In this document: in pieces, positions 29,451 through 40,270 of the stretch
Layout: every line of letters starts with the position of its first letter
Position numbering within the stretch: position 1 is the stretch's first letter
Source: an uncultured Verrucomicrobiae bacterium
GTDB lineage: Bacteria > Verrucomicrobiota > Verrucomicrobiia > Limisphaerales > Palsa-1400
Reading direction: 5' to 3'
Length of the DNA stretch: 64,000 nucleotides
NCBI GenBank assembly: GCA_963702845.1
Contig: OY969763.1
Location: forward strand, 3,648,001-3,712,000
Made by a program: the position numbers and the translations under genes
Notes under the pieces: generated by a model
What the model saw: the letters and a program-made list of their open reading frames with translations, nothing else
Told to the model about the DNA's origin: nothing
Database searches by the model: none

Positions 29451-31130
29451 GTGAAAAAATATCCCTGCTGGCCGCGCAAGCTCACAACTTTTTTGGTCGC
29501 TCTCGTTGCCTTTATATTCGTAGCAGACATCCACGCGGCACGGCGTCCAAACATCGTTCTGATCCTCGCGGACGACATGGGTTTTTCTGATCTCGGCTGC
29601 TACGGGTCAGAAATTCATACGCCGAATCTGGATAAACTTGCCGCGAACGGTCTACGTTTCACGCAGTTCTATAACACCGCGCGCTGCTGTCCGACTCGTG
29701 CTGCGCTCATGACCGGGCTCTACTCGCATCAAGCCGGAGTTGGGCACATGGTCGAGAACATGGGAGAACCCATCGCCAACATCGGCTTTCCTGGTTACGC
29801 CGGCGACTTGAGCCCGCACTGCGTCACGATTGCACAAGTGTTGTCAACGGCTGGCTATCACACCGCCATGTCCGGCAAATGGCACGTCACACCGGCAATT
29901 ACGAACGACAAAAAGAATTGGCCACGCCAGCGCGGGTTCGAAAAATATTTCGGAATCATCCACGGCGGCTCCAGCTACTTTGATCCGAATGGCAATCTCA
30001 TCCGCGACAACGAACCGATCAAAAACATCGGCACGAACTTCTACCTGACCGACGCCATCGCCGAAAATGCGATGCAGTTCATCAGCGATTTTTCACAGGA
30101 CAAAAAGCCCTTCTTTGTTTACGTCGCATTTACCGCGCCGCATTGGCCGGTGCACGCGTTGCCGGAAGACATTGCGAAGTATCGCGGCACATACGGCAAT
30201 CACTGGGAACAATTCCGCGAAGCGCGCTACAAGAAACAGATCGACCTCGGAATCATCGACGGAAAATGGCCGTTGACTCCGCGTGATGCGCCCGGCTCGT
30301 GGACGGACGATAAGTTTGCTGATTGGCAAGACAGCCGCATGGCTGGATACGCGGCACAGGTTGATCGTCTCGATCAAAACGTTGGCAAAATCCTCGCGAA
30401 ATTGCGCGAGACCGGCGAACTGGATAACACGTTGGTTTTCTTCCTATCGGACAATGGCGGTTGCGCCGAACATCTGGGCCCAAAAATCTCAGGCCCGATT
30501 GTTCCCGCGAAATCGCCAACCGGCGGCCCAATGCGCAAAGGCAATTCGCCCAACATTATTCCTGGTGGCCCCGATACTTACGCGAGTTACGGGCAACCAT
30601 GGGCAAACGTCAGCAACACGCCCTTCCGTCTCTACAAACATTGGGTGCATGAAGGTGGCATTTCGACGCCGCTGATTTGCAATTGGCCGGGCGTCACCAA
30701 ACCCGGCACGATGAGTTCACAACCGGGTCACGTGATCGACATTATGGCCACTTGCATCGACGTCGCTGGTGCCAAATATCCAAAGAAATTCCACGACAAC
30801 AAAATCACTTCCTTCGCAGGCGTCAGCCTTGTGCCGATCCTTGAAGGGAAACTCCGCAAAGGTCACGAAGCCATTTTCTGGGAACACGAAGGCAATCGGG
30901 CTGTGCGTTCCGGCGATTGGAAACTCGTTTCAACACACACCAATGATTGGGAGCTTTACAACATGGTTGCCGACCGCACGGAAATGAACAACGTCGCCGC
31001 GCAGCATCCAAAAGAAGTGAAACGGTTCGTCGCCATGTATGAAGACTGGGCAAATAAATCCGACGTGAAACCTTGGGACGAAGTGCAGAAGAAATTCGAC
31101 GAGCTGCGCCCGAAGCGCAAAGCTCAATGA
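29451..31130 (+). CDS. Arylsulfatase (formylglycine type)
   Basis: RPNIVLILADDMG, CCPTRAALMTG, SGKWH, SDNG. Confidence 0.93.
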   Translation: MKKYPCWPRKLTTFLVALVAFIFVADIHAARRPNIVLILADDMGFSDLGCYGSEIHTPNLDKLAANGLRFTQFYNTARCCPTRAALMTGLYSHQAGVGHMVENMGEPIANIGFPGYAGDLSPHCVTIAQVLSTAGYHTAMSGKWHVTPAITNDKKNWPRQRGFEKYFGIIHGGSSYFDPNGNLIRDNEPIKNIGTNFYLTDAIAENAMQFISDFSQDKKPFFVYVAFTAPHWPVHALPEDIAKYRGTYGNHWEQFREARYKKQIDLGIIDGKWPLTPRDAPGSWTDDKFADWQDSRMAGYAAQVDRLDQNVGKILAKLRETGELDNTLVFFLSDNGGCAEHLGPKISGPIVPAKSPTGGPMRKGNSPNIIPGGPDTYASYGQPWANVSNTPFRLYKHWVHEGGISTPLICNWPGVTKPGTMSSQPGHVIDIMATCIDVAGAKYPKKFHDNKITSFAGVSLVPILEGKLRKGHEAIFWEHEGNRAVRSGDWKLVSTHTNDWELYNMVADRTEMNNVAAQHPKEVKRFVAMYEDWANKSDVKPWDEVQKKFDELRPKRKAQ

Positions 31131-33064
31131 TGCAGCAGCGCTTTGATCATCTGGGGTCCATTCTCCCAGAAGACCATGATAACGCCCATCAACGAGCCGC
31201 CGGCAATAATTCCTGACGCCACCGGAAACAGGAACTCCTCCGATTGCTTCGGCTTGCCCTTGTTCCACGCATACGCGCCGAGCGCGCCGAGGAAGAACAA
31301 CAGGCTGTAATACCAATGGAACGTCCATGCCAACCCCAGACCAGCCGCGGACGGCAGATGTTTCTCGGTCTTTGGAAATAACTTCGCAATCAGCGGCAGC
31401 AGAATGCCGACAATCCCACCAATCACAATCGACCAGATTTTCGTAGGTTCCAATGCTTCCAACCCCCTACTGAGCGCAATAGCAACGGCTTTCCACGCCT
31501 GCGCCGCCGGGGCCGGAAACTGATCGGTCCCAAGCACAGACGCATTGGGCACCATGATGCCGAAACAGAATACTGTCGCCACTGTGCCAATAAAGATTCC
31601 CGAAAATTGGGCGATGAACTGTTTACGCGGATTTGCCCCCAGCAAATAGCCGCTTTTCAAATCGGTCAACAAATCGGCCGAACAAAGCGCAGCCGAAGCA
31701 GTGATGTTCGCGGAGAACAGATTGATATCCATTTTGCCAGGGCTGACCGCGCCGAACATTACCTGGGTCACCTTGCCCATCGCACCGACCGGTGTAGTGT
31801 CAGTCTCGCCAGTCACGCGGCAAGCAACGAGCGCCAGAAAAAATGACATGAAAACGGCCAACGCTGTTTGCCAGTAAGGCATACCGAATGTGACGTGGCC
31901 AAGATACGCCAATCCAGTTAAACCTACGAGTTGGCCAGCTACGAACCAGGTAAACGGCGCTTCGATTTTCTCCATTGCGTCCGCCTCACGTGGCGCTTTT
32001 GAAAACATGCGTGTTAAGCCGCGAATCGCTCGCACGAAACTTCGCCACTGCAATACGAAAGAAAATAATCCAGCGAACACCATGCACGAAACCCCGCCCC
32101 ACAGCGTCCATTGCACAATGTCGCGATACTTTGTCCCCGTGATAATTCCGTGATGCTGCAAAATCGGCACGTAAACAGCCCAGCACAGCGTCGCGCCGGC
32201 AAGCATGCTCATACAAACCCGCATTCCGCTGATGGCGCCAGCAGCAATGAAAATTGGGTCCCACTCAAATTGAACCGTGCGCCCCATCCACGTCGGGCCA
32301 AAAACTTTCTCGTTCAACTTACCGAACAACGTGCCCAGTTCGAATTTCTCCAGGCTGTGATGGAGCAGATGCAGCCCGTCGGTCCAGAACTTATTCACGG
32401 CCGCAATCAGTCCCCAAACGCCCAACGCCATAGCCGACCGCATCGCTTTCTCGCCGTGCGAATGCAGAGCGCGCAACGTTTCGGCCGTCGCGATTCCGCT
32501 CGGGAAACGCAGTTGATCGACGTTGATCATCTGTCGTTTCATCGGAATCGCCATCGTCACGCCGAGCACAGCCAGGAAAAACACCCAACCGAGCAACTGC
32601 TGCACCGGCAAATTGTGCCCGTAGATCATGATATATGCGGAGAACGCTGAAATGAGAGTCGACCCTGTCGACGAACCGGCCGCCGTCGCGGTCGATTGCA
32701 TACAGTTATTTTCGAGGATGGTCATCGGAGTAATGCCCATTCCAAAACGATTTCCGATACGAGACAACGAGGTCCAAATCGCGTAAGACAGAATGCACGC
32801 GGTAATCGAAACACCCAGTCCCCACCCTGCCTTGAGGCCGACGTAAATATTAGTCAGCGACAAAACGGCGCCGAGAACACATCCCATCAAAACCGCCCGC
32901 CAGGTGAGTTGGCGCATGTGCGCGCCGCGTTTGAGATAAAGTTGCTGATACCACTGCCGCTCGATTTCCTCAGGGGTGCCTTTGAACGGCGCAACAGGAA
33001 CGGGAACGTCCTCGTGCGGGACTTCAGCTTCTTCGAACTGAAATTGGTGAGGCGGCTGTTCCAT
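31124..33064 (-). CDS. OPT-family oligopeptide transporter
   Basis: QLTWRA, YVGLKAG, ENNCMQS, LRFPSG, DLKSGYLLGANPRKQ, PAPAA; many TM segments. Confidence 0.9.
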   Translation of the reverse strand: MEQPPHQFQFEEAEVPHEDVPVPVAPFKGTPEEIERQWYQQLYLKRGAHMRQLTWRAVLMGCVLGAVLSLTNIYVGLKAGWGLGVSITACILSYAIWTSLSRIGNRFGMGITPMTILENNCMQSTATAAGSSTGSTLISAFSAYIMIYGHNLPVQQLLGWVFFLAVLGVTMAIPMKRQMINVDQLRFPSGIATAETLRALHSHGEKAMRSAMALGVWGLIAAVNKFWTDGLHLLHHSLEKFELGTLFGKLNEKVFGPTWMGRTVQFEWDPIFIAAGAISGMRVCMSMLAGATLCWAVYVPILQHHGIITGTKYRDIVQWTLWGGVSCMVFAGLFSFVLQWRSFVRAIRGLTRMFSKAPREADAMEKIEAPFTWFVAGQLVGLTGLAYLGHVTFGMPYWQTALAVFMSFFLALVACRVTGETDTTPVGAMGKVTQVMFGAVSPGKMDINLFSANITASAALCSADLLTDLKSGYLLGANPRKQFIAQFSGIFIGTVATVFCFGIMVPNASVLGTDQFPAPAAQAWKAVAIALSRGLEALEPTKIWSIVIGGIVGILLPLIAKLFPKTEKHLPSAAGLGLAWTFHWYYSLLFFLGALGAYAWNKGKPKQSEEFLFPVASGIIAGGSLMGVIMVFWENGPQMIKALLHH

Positions 33065-33118
33065 TCAGGTGCCGCAAGAACCTACCCTAAAACACGGGGT
33101 AGGCAATGCCACATTAAG

Positions 33119-33454
33119 TTATTGGACGATGTGTGGCGTGAATGTCACCTGCGCATTTTCAAATATCAACTCTGCCGGTTTGTCGAGTTCGGCCGGAATG
33201 ATCCTGCGTGAGTCGATCACTTTGCCAGATTTCTCGATTCTGATAATGAGCTCGCACGATCTCGCGCCCATTGAGTTTGCGGTAAGAACGCACACCATCC
33301 CGTTGCCGATATCCTGTTTTGAGGGAGAACCGTACGTAAGATTGACGACTCCCAAGTCCTTGCTTTTGACTTCACTAAGGACCGCCTCCGACTTGGAACA
33401 ACCAACGAACACACTCAATGCCGCGAGGAGAAGAACAACGCAACTGAATTTCAT
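33119..33454 (-). CDS. Hypothetical lipoprotein
   Basis: Lipobox FVGC after a hydrophobic signal. Confidence 0.7.
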   Translation of the reverse strand: MKFSCVVLLLAALSVFVGCSKSEAVLSEVKSKDLGVVNLTYGSPSKQDIGNGMVCVLTANSMGARSCELIIRIEKSGKVIDSRRIIPAELDKPAELIFENAQVTFTPHIVQ

Positions 33455-33457
33455 GAC

Positions 33458-34315
33458 CTAGTAAACGTGGGTGGTCACATTCGTCAAAGCCTGCCAATCA
33501 GCTTTGTCGCCCGTTTGTCCAGGAGCCCATGTGATACTTGTTCGGTGCAACGTATAAATCTCCGCATGACCGTCGGAGAAATTGATGCCATAAGCGTTGC
33601 CGTGAGCACGCGAAGGCAAATCGAGGAATTGACGGCTACCACTCATATCTACAAGGATCATACCGTCGTTGATACTAGCTTGATCTTCGTCAACGGTAAG
33701 AAAGGTCTTCGACGCCTGTGTGATATCCGTCTCTTTGATGAACACCGGCGAACCAGCAGTAAAGTTGCCCGGTGGCGTATGATCGGCCTCCCAGCTTACA
33801 TTACCGTTATAGAAGTTCTCTCCGGCCATGTAAGAATTCATCGAAATGCTGCGAAGAATCGGCAAGTTTTTGTACGGAGCAGCGGCTTGGACGGCTACAC
33901 GGTGATCGGCAGGACAGTGGTAAATACCAATATTCTTCGTATAGGGAAATAGTTTGCCGAACTTAATACCGTGGTCATCGGCACCGCCGAACTGGTAGGA
34001 TCCTGCCGTGCCAGTGCTGTCAGCATTTCCGGTGCACCAAGGGTATCCTGGGCCGACCCCAGTGGCGGGGTTCACCGCCCAATTGCCGTAGTTCGGAAAA
34101 GCCGAGATGATGTACTGGCGGTTATCATCGGCGTATAGCTTGCAAGAAATCGCGACTTGGCGCAGGTCATTGACACAATAGGTTCGCTGGGCGCGCAACT
34201 TTGCTTTCGCCAAGGTCGGCAGCAGCATCGACGCGAGAATCGCGATGATTGCGATCACCACCAGCAATTCGATCAAGGTAAAGCCACGAAAATTCTGTGA
34301 TTTGTTCCGGCTCAT
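33458..34315 (-). CDS. Prepilin-type N-terminal methylation domain protein with H-X9-DG motif
   Basis: [37 protein letters not shown]. Confidence 0.9.
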   Translation of the reverse strand: MSRNKSQNFRGFTLIELLVVIAIIAILASMLLPTLAKAKLRAQRTYCVNDLRQVAISCKLYADDNRQYIISAFPNYGNWAVNPATGVGPGYPWCTGNADSTGTAGSYQFGGADDHGIKFGKLFPYTKNIGIYHCPADHRVAVQAAAPYKNLPILRSISMNSYMAGENFYNGNVSWEADHTPPGNFTAGSPVFIKETDITQASKTFLTVDEDQASINDGMILVDMSGSRQFLDLPSRAHGNAYGINFSDGHAEIYTLHRTSITWAPGQTGDKADWQALTNVTTHVY

Positions 34316-34407
34316 AAGGTGAGTACACATTGCCAAAGGGGTATAGTCGAGTCAATAGGTGAGTCAATTGTTCCGCGTGTGCGTTTCAATGCACATCAAT
34401 ATTGTAC

Positions 34408-35702
34408 CTACAGCCGCAGGAATATTTTGCGCTGGAACAGGAAACGAACAAACCAAAATGCCAGTAGCAGGCCGAATATTGCTATAAGAAGATCACCTGC
34501 TCCCATTGCGAGATGGTCATCGAAAAAAGCCTTAATATCACCGCCAACAAACCGTTTCGCCGGGGTGCGAAAACCGCCGATAACGTTGCTCGTCAGATAA
34601 ATCGTAATAGGATTCATTCCCATCCAAATAAACGGTCGGCACCACCATTGGAATTTCCAGATATCGACCACGGTATAAAACGCCGCGAGCAACAACGCGC
34701 TGTAACCACCAGCCACCAAAACGAAGGAAGATGTCCAAATTTTCTTCACTACCGGAAACTGAACATTCCACGCCCAACCAAGCGTAACCGCCACCAGACC
34801 CGCCGCCACCAGGTAGATCGACTTTTTGCTGGTCCAGATATTTCGCCGACCGCAACAACAGACCGGCAAACACGCCGAACACACACGTCACAATCGCAGG
34901 AAGATTGCTCAGAAAACCTTCTGGATCGAAATAGGTGTCGTATTTGCGACCGGGCAAATATTGAAAATCAAAATGGTCGGAAACATTCAGGCCGTGCTCG
35001 TACTTGCGCGGTGACGCGTTCGGTCGTTTGGTTGAACAAGACGTGCGGGTCGTTTATCCCTTTCTCGGCCGAGAGCTGTTGGATGTTGGCCTTTTCCAAT
35101 TGGATATTGCGAATCGGAACAAAGGTCATCAGCGCCCAATACCCGACGAGCAATGCCACGCAAATCCCAATCATCACTCGCACATTGCAGAACAGGTAGA
35201 TGAGCCCGGTGCAAAGATAACAAAACGCGATTCGGTTCAACACGCCCATCCATCGAATATTGTCCCAGCCGTCCTGGATGCCACCGGAATATAAAATGCC
35301 GATGCCATATAGCAACAGTCCGCGGCGAATAACCCGTTTGACCGCTTCGGTTCGTCCATGCGTTTCAAGCAGTCGCGTGAGCGAGAAAACAGACGACACC
35401 CCGACTATAAAAACGAACAACGGAAAAATCAGATCGTAGAAATGAAACCCTGCCCAAGGTGAGTGCCTTAGCTCGTAGGCGATAAAACGAGCCACGCTGA
35501 AACCAGCATCAGCAGGCGCCGCGTCAGCGCCGTGGTTTGCAATCCGTTCCAGTGCGTAGACGAGCGCATCAGCGCCAATGATCCAAAACATGTCGAAACC
35601 ACGCAACGCATCCAAAGACACCAGGCGTTGCGGGGAATTTTGATTGGGACGCGAAACTTCGGTTTGTATAACAGCCGGTGCGGATGTCGCCAGTTCGCTC
35701 AT
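34408..35702 (-). CDS. DUF5009 / HGSNAT-like membrane acyltransferase; frameshifts near 35000 and 34815
   Basis: RLVSLDALRGFDMFWI, DLIFPLFVF, GVLNRIA, DPEGFLS, KKIWTSSFVL, GMNPITIY, across frames. Confidence 0.88.
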
Positions 35703-35800
35703 GAGTGGCGCATTGTAATCAGAGCCACCGGCATGGAGCAAGCGGGTTGGAGAATAACGCTCCGTTTCGAAAAGAGGTCAGCAGTTTGCGCGTGCGCGGA

Positions 35801-36091
35801 TCACCACCAAAATGGCGTGTAACCACCTCCCCAACGTCCGTAACCGTGATTATCCTCAGGCACAGTGGGTCCGTATGCAGGATACGTGTGCTCTCCGCCG
35901 ACGTGCGTATTGCGCGAGGTATCTTTTTGGTACCAGTAATACGTATCAGTTTTGCCGCGTATGGGAAAGTTGTTGGATTCGGCAATCAACTGTTCGCGTT
36001 GAATGTGCGGCCGGTCAGCAGTGTAATATGAATGCTGCGCAGCGCACCCCGCGAAAAGCAGCACCAGCGGAATAACGGCGGCCATTTTCAT
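35801..36091 (-). CDS. Small hypothetical lipoprotein
   Basis: Lipobox FAGC. Confidence 0.65.
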   Translation of the reverse strand: MKMAAVIPLVLLFAGCAAQHSYYTADRPHIQREQLIAESNNFPIRGKTDTYYWYQKDTSRNTHVGGEHTYPAYGPTVPEDNHGYGRWGGGYTPFWW

Positions 36092-36172
36092 AATCTTAAT
36101 ATCCGTTCACAGCCGCCTTCTGTCAACGAACAGAATGTCATCAGGTGTCACTAAAAGTGGTGATGTCGTTCT

Positions 36173-36208
36173 CCCTCTCCTCCTCAGGAGGAGAGGGTCG
36201 GGGAGAGG
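36173..36208. repeat. REP-like purine/pyrimidine palindrome
   Basis: CCCTCTCCTCC-TCA-GGAGGAGAGGG followed by TCGGGGAGAGG; intergenic. Confidence 0.7.
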
Positions 36209-36263
36209 AGGTCGTCTTCTCAAATTTCATCGCGTCAACCACCACCTTCAACCGCACCCACGC

Positions 36264-37520
36264 CTAGTTCGCACCCAGCTCACGCAACCATCCGCCCGCG
36301 CTCTGCGAATATTCACCGTAAACCTTGTCACCTAATGTCTGTCGCAAAGTCTTTTCCGTCTCCGCCTGGATGGCTCGCAATGCCTGCGCCTTTTTCTCTT
36401 CGGACAGATTCCCGTCGCGTAGCAACTGCCCCCGCTGCTGTTCCGCCACGGACCGCATTTCGACGAGGCTTTGCGACACCGAATCCGGTAAATCAAAGCG
36501 ATCGCTGAATACGAACATCTCGCGATAATCAGCATTCTTGACCTTCTGGTAATCCGCCATGCGCGATTGCCCAAGGGCCGAAAACAATTCATTTTCCATC
36601 TGCTGTTCCGCTGCGTCTTTGGCAGCGCGCACAGTCGGATCGCTCAAGTCTTGAAACGCGTAGGCCGCATCCAGCGCCTTTTGTCGTTGATAAATTTCGC
36701 GAAACTCCGCTTCGCTGGGATTAAACCCGATCAAGTTCTTGCGCAACGCGTCGGCCGTTCCCGACGTCGACAATTCAAATTGAAACTTCTCGTCCGGAGT
36801 CAAAAGCTGAGTCAAACGCGCGTCGGCTTCCTGCTGCATGCGCTGCAATCGCTCAAGGTCGACGCCGCTGGGATGCCCGCCACTGGCGCTCAAGATTCTG
36901 TCACGTGCCGCCTCAAATTGATCGCGCACGGCAATCGCGGAATTGCGTTTGTCGTCGGCCAGAAATGCGAGCCGTCGATCATCCTCGCTCGTATCCACGA
37001 AATATTTATCCAACTCCTTCTCATAATTAATGCCCAACAACTCCCGTAACACCGCGGGCAACTCCTTGTCGATTTGTGCCAAGGCCTTTTCGCGCTCCTC
37101 GATTTGGTGCTGCTTCAACTTGCGTTTCTCATCCGTTTCCCAATAACGGAATTCGCGTCCATTGACCGAAGCCTGCCCGCGTTTCTGCGCATAAAGCTTC
37201 ATCACGTCGGTCATGATGATGTCTTTGATGGTCGTCTCGGGGCAGCCAACCACGCGGAGATTTCCAATGTAAACGCGGTAATCAGACGACTCGACCTGCG
37301 CCCAGTTGAACTGGTTCGTGACGTAAACAACCCGATCCTGTGCGCGACCGGAAGTTTTCGTATTCGAAGAGCTTGAGTCGTGCTCGCGAGAGAGCTGTTC
37401 CTTGAACAGAACCGTTCGCGTCGCAACTTCATCGGCTGCCAGCCATCGAAAGAAATAAAACCCAGCGCACAACACTGCCACGTTGAGCAAAATCAGAATT
37501 AAAACCGACCTCAATTTCAT
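36264..37520 (-). CDS. Hypothetical membrane-anchored helical protein
   Basis: 418 aa ORF with N-terminal TM; FNWAQVES.DY..YI.NLR..GCPE.TI.DII motif. Confidence 0.8.
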   Translation of the reverse strand: MKLRSVLILILLNVAVLCAGFYFFRWLAADEVATRTVLFKEQLSREHDSSSSNTKTSGRAQDRVVYVTNQFNWAQVESSDYRVYIGNLRVVGCPETTIKDIIMTDVMKLYAQKRGQASVNGREFRYWETDEKRKLKQHQIEEREKALAQIDKELPAVLRELLGINYEKELDKYFVDTSEDDRRLAFLADDKRNSAIAVRDQFEAARDRILSASGGHPSGVDLERLQRMQQEADARLTQLLTPDEKFQFELSTSGTADALRKNLIGFNPSEAEFREIYQRQKALDAAYAFQDLSDPTVRAAKDAAEQQMENELFSALGQSRMADYQKVKNADYREMFVFSDRFDLPDSVSQSLVEMRSVAEQQRGQLLRDGNLSEEKKAQALRAIQAETEKTLRQTLGDKVYGEYSQSAGGWLRELGAN

Positions 37521-37570
37521 CGGTCACCATGGTAAAGGTGCCGCGACCAAATGCCAAGACGCCGAATCTT

Positions 37571-37936
37571 CTAACGCTTCACCGTGCCGCGAATAATGCT
37601 CCAACTCGTAACGACACCCCAAAGAATCGCGACAGCGAAAATTGCAAAGCCAGCCGCAGGCTTCACCAACTGATGGCCAAGTTCAAACAATCCAGCCAAC
37701 GGATCGGATGACTCGTTAATGCGACGGTAATTCTGCAGATACCAGATGAAGACTTGAATTGTCCTGAAAAGAGTTACCCCCAACCCGAGCAGCGCGAGCA
37801 CGATTTGGAAATACCCAATCCATCGTCCTGCGATGAGCGATCCGGAACCCGGCATGGCCAGGTTCGCGGTGAAACACCCCCACGCCTCAGCTCGGCTGAG
37901 TGGTCGGCGCGGGTGTAGAACCAAAGACATCTTCAT
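37571..37936 (-). CDS. Hypothetical membrane protein
   Basis: NLAMPGSGSL motif plus hydrophobic helices; start overlaps the upstream gene. Confidence 0.65.
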   Translation of the reverse strand: MKMSLVLHPRRPLSRAEAWGCFTANLAMPGSGSLIAGRWIGYFQIVLALLGLGVTLFRTIQVFIWYLQNYRRINESSDPLAGLFELGHQLVKPAAGFAIFAVAILWGVVTSWSIIRGTVKR

Positions 37937-38735
37937 ACGCATAGGCCCACGCCGCAAACACGACCGGGATCGCAACGTAAACGCCGATACAACACACGCA
38001 AAGGCCAAGTATTGTGATCAGAATTCCAAGGAGGAGCAGTCCGAACATTGACCACCAATGTTGGTTCATTACTTTGCGGCTCAATTCCATCGCCGGCCAG
38101 AACTCCATTTTTCTATCGGCAACGAGCGTAATCGCCATCGACCACGCAACCGCCAGATAAATTCCCGGAATAATGCAAAAGGCCAATCCAACAGCGGTCA
38201 GCAAAAGCGAAATCAGGCCCACCAGGAACAATTGCAAAAAGTTGGCGCTGAATCCGGCAAATGCGTCACCGAACTCCGCCCTTTGTCCGCGTATCAATTT
38301 CAACGTCAGAATAAACAAGCCACCACGGCAAACACCGGTCAGAAATGGAATAGCGCCTTCAATTATTCCCATCACCAGCGATGCGCCAACGAGTAACCAA
38401 AAATTCTTCATTACCAGGTCCCAGCCCCGGCTGATGCAGTGTCCCGGCGCGATCACACCACCTCGCGCGAGCGCCGATTGCGCAGCGGCGTCGGTGTCGA
38501 TCTGCCCACCGAAATTCGTTGACGGTGGCGTCGAAGAACTCGGCGGAGTGTTCGGAGCGCCAGCCGTGAACAATCCTGCGAACTCGGGGATACTCGAGAG
38601 CGGCAACCAATTTTCCGTGCCCTCAGCGCGCGCCATAGTATTGGCGCCGGCTCGACCCTGGTTAACCCATTCAGTGATTTGTTGCGCCGAAACCGGGCCG
38701 TACTCTTTTTGGTCCGCTCCGAGGATTTTATACAT
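37887..38735 (-). CDS. GYF_2 (DUF4339)-domain membrane protein
   Basis: MYKILGADQKEYGPVS...W...GR...W.PL...PEF, then multiple TMs. Confidence 0.85.
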   Translation of the reverse strand: MYKILGADQKEYGPVSAQQITEWVNQGRAGANTMARAEGTENWLPLSSIPEFAGLFTAGAPNTPPSSSTPPSTNFGGQIDTDAAAQSALARGGVIAPGHCISRGWDLVMKNFWLLVGASLVMGIIEGAIPFLTGVCRGGLFILTLKLIRGQRAEFGDAFAGFSANFLQLFLVGLISLLLTAVGLAFCIIPGIYLAVAWSMAITLVADRKMEFWPAMELSRKVMNQHWWSMFGLLLLGILITILGLCVCCIGVYVAIPVVFAAWAYAYEDVFGSTPAPTTQPS

Positions 38736-38747
38736 ATTCGATTGAGG

Positions 38748-39263
38748 TTAGAAATTCCAATGACGCATGAAATGCGCATTATGATGCGGGAACAAAGCAA
38801 GCGCGCCGTAACCGAGCGAAATCATCACGCCGACAATCGACAGCACCAAACCAGCAATCGCCATCCCCTTCCCTTTTTGTGACGGATTGTTCCCCAGTTG
38901 CGAAAGAGCGATGCACGAAAACACAATTCCAATCGCGCCCACCGGCAAACCGGCGCAAACACAGGTGACGGAGAGAATTCCAAAAATCAAACCAGTGATG
39001 GCATTGCCGTTCGTCGGCGCAGTCGGTGTCGTCCGCACTGGCGCTGGCGTTGGTGCATAAGGCGGCGGAACCGATGGAGGAACAGGAGCAGCTTGCGGTG
39101 GCACGCTGAACTCGGGGAAAGTCGCCAAAGGTCTCCAACCCAAAACACCCTCGGCCTGCACGAGGGTTGCGCCGTTGGCGCGCCCTTCTTTGATCCATTG
39201 CCGAATTTGATCTGCGGAAACCGGGCCGTATTCGCGTTGGTCAACTCCAATAATTCTATACAT
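38748..39263 (-). CDS. GYF_2 (DUF4339) + DUF4190 membrane protein
   Basis: Same N-terminal domain, Pro-rich linker, NAITGLIFGILS...KGKGMAIAGLVL. Confidence 0.85.
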   Translation of the reverse strand: MYRIIGVDQREYGPVSADQIRQWIKEGRANGATLVQAEGVLGWRPLATFPEFSVPPQAAPVPPSVPPPYAPTPAPVRTTPTAPTNGNAITGLIFGILSVTCVCAGLPVGAIGIVFSCIALSQLGNNPSQKGKGMAIAGLVLSIVGVMISLGYGALALFPHHNAHFMRHWNF

Positions 39264-39394
39264 AAGGCCTCTGTGCGGGCCACCTTGCTCCCGCGTTATT
39301 GCTTGTATGGCAATCCCCTGTCACATGCAAGCTGTTGTTCTCTTGACTCCACCGACACTGTAGCGCCGGACCAATTTGACTGGCACTACAATCC

Positions 39395-40213
39395 TTAAGC
39401 ATTTTTGTAATTCAAACTCCCGCGTCGATACCCTTGAAGGTCCACCGTTACGTGGGCATAACCAATTTTCTTCAGCGCTTCGAAAACCTGCTGCGACATT
39501 TTCGCCTCGTTCAATCGCGGCAACTCATCTGCGCCGACTTCAATCCGAGCCAGAACCATTTTGTTCCCAGTCAACTCATGATGCCGCACGCGCACATCGT
39601 AAAATCCCAAGTCGCGTAAAACGTATTCCGCCTGCTCGATCATCGACAACTTCTCCGGCGTGACCGCTTCGCCATACGGTACGCGCGAACTCAAGCAAGC
39701 CATCTGCGGTTTCGCCGCGGTCGGCAGACCGAACTTTTCCGAAAACTCGCGAATGTCCGCCTTTGTCAAACCCGCTTCTTTCAGCGGTGCGCGGACCTGG
39801 AATTCACCCGCAGCCTTTGCACCCGGCCGAAAATCCCCGATGTCACTCGCGTTCTCGCCATACGCGATTACCGCAAAACCTTCTGTCTTTGCGATCGGTT
39901 CCAATTGCGTGAACAGTTCATGTTTGCAGAAATAACAGCGGTTATTGGGATTCGATAAATAAGCGGGATTGTCGAACTCCTGCGTCTCAACGATCCGAAG
40001 TGGAATAGAAAATCTGTGCGCGATCTCCGTCGCTTCCGTAAATTCGCGTCGCGGCAAACTTGCCGAATCGGCAATCACAGCCAGCGATTTCGTCCCGAGA
40101 ACCTTGTGCGCCATGTAAGCCAGAAAAACGGAATCAACGCCACCGGAGTAGGCCACCAGGCAGGACCCATAAGACCGAATCAAATTCTCAAGTTGTTCAA
40201 GCTTCGCAGACAC
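39395..40213 (-). CDS. larE: ATP-dependent sacrificial sulfur transferase LarE-like
   Basis: PP-loop AYSGGVDS, RCYFCK, DFRPG, ACLSSRVPYG, DLQGYRRGSLN. Confidence 0.9.
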   Translation of the reverse strand: MSAKLEQLENLIRSYGSCLVAYSGGVDSVFLAYMAHKVLGTKSLAVIADSASLPRREFTEATEIAHRFSIPLRIVETQEFDNPAYLSNPNNRCYFCKHELFTQLEPIAKTEGFAVIAYGENASDIGDFRPGAKAAGEFQVRAPLKEAGLTKADIREFSEKFGLPTAAKPQMACLSSRVPYGEAVTPEKLSMIEQAEYVLRDLGFYDVRVRHHELTGNKMVLARIEVGADELPRLNEAKMSQQVFEALKKIGYAHVTVDLQGYRRGSLNYKNA

Positions 40214-40270
40214 CGCGTCAACCTGCCACCGAGCAACGCAAAAGTCGAGTCAGGCAGGACGGAGTTGCCG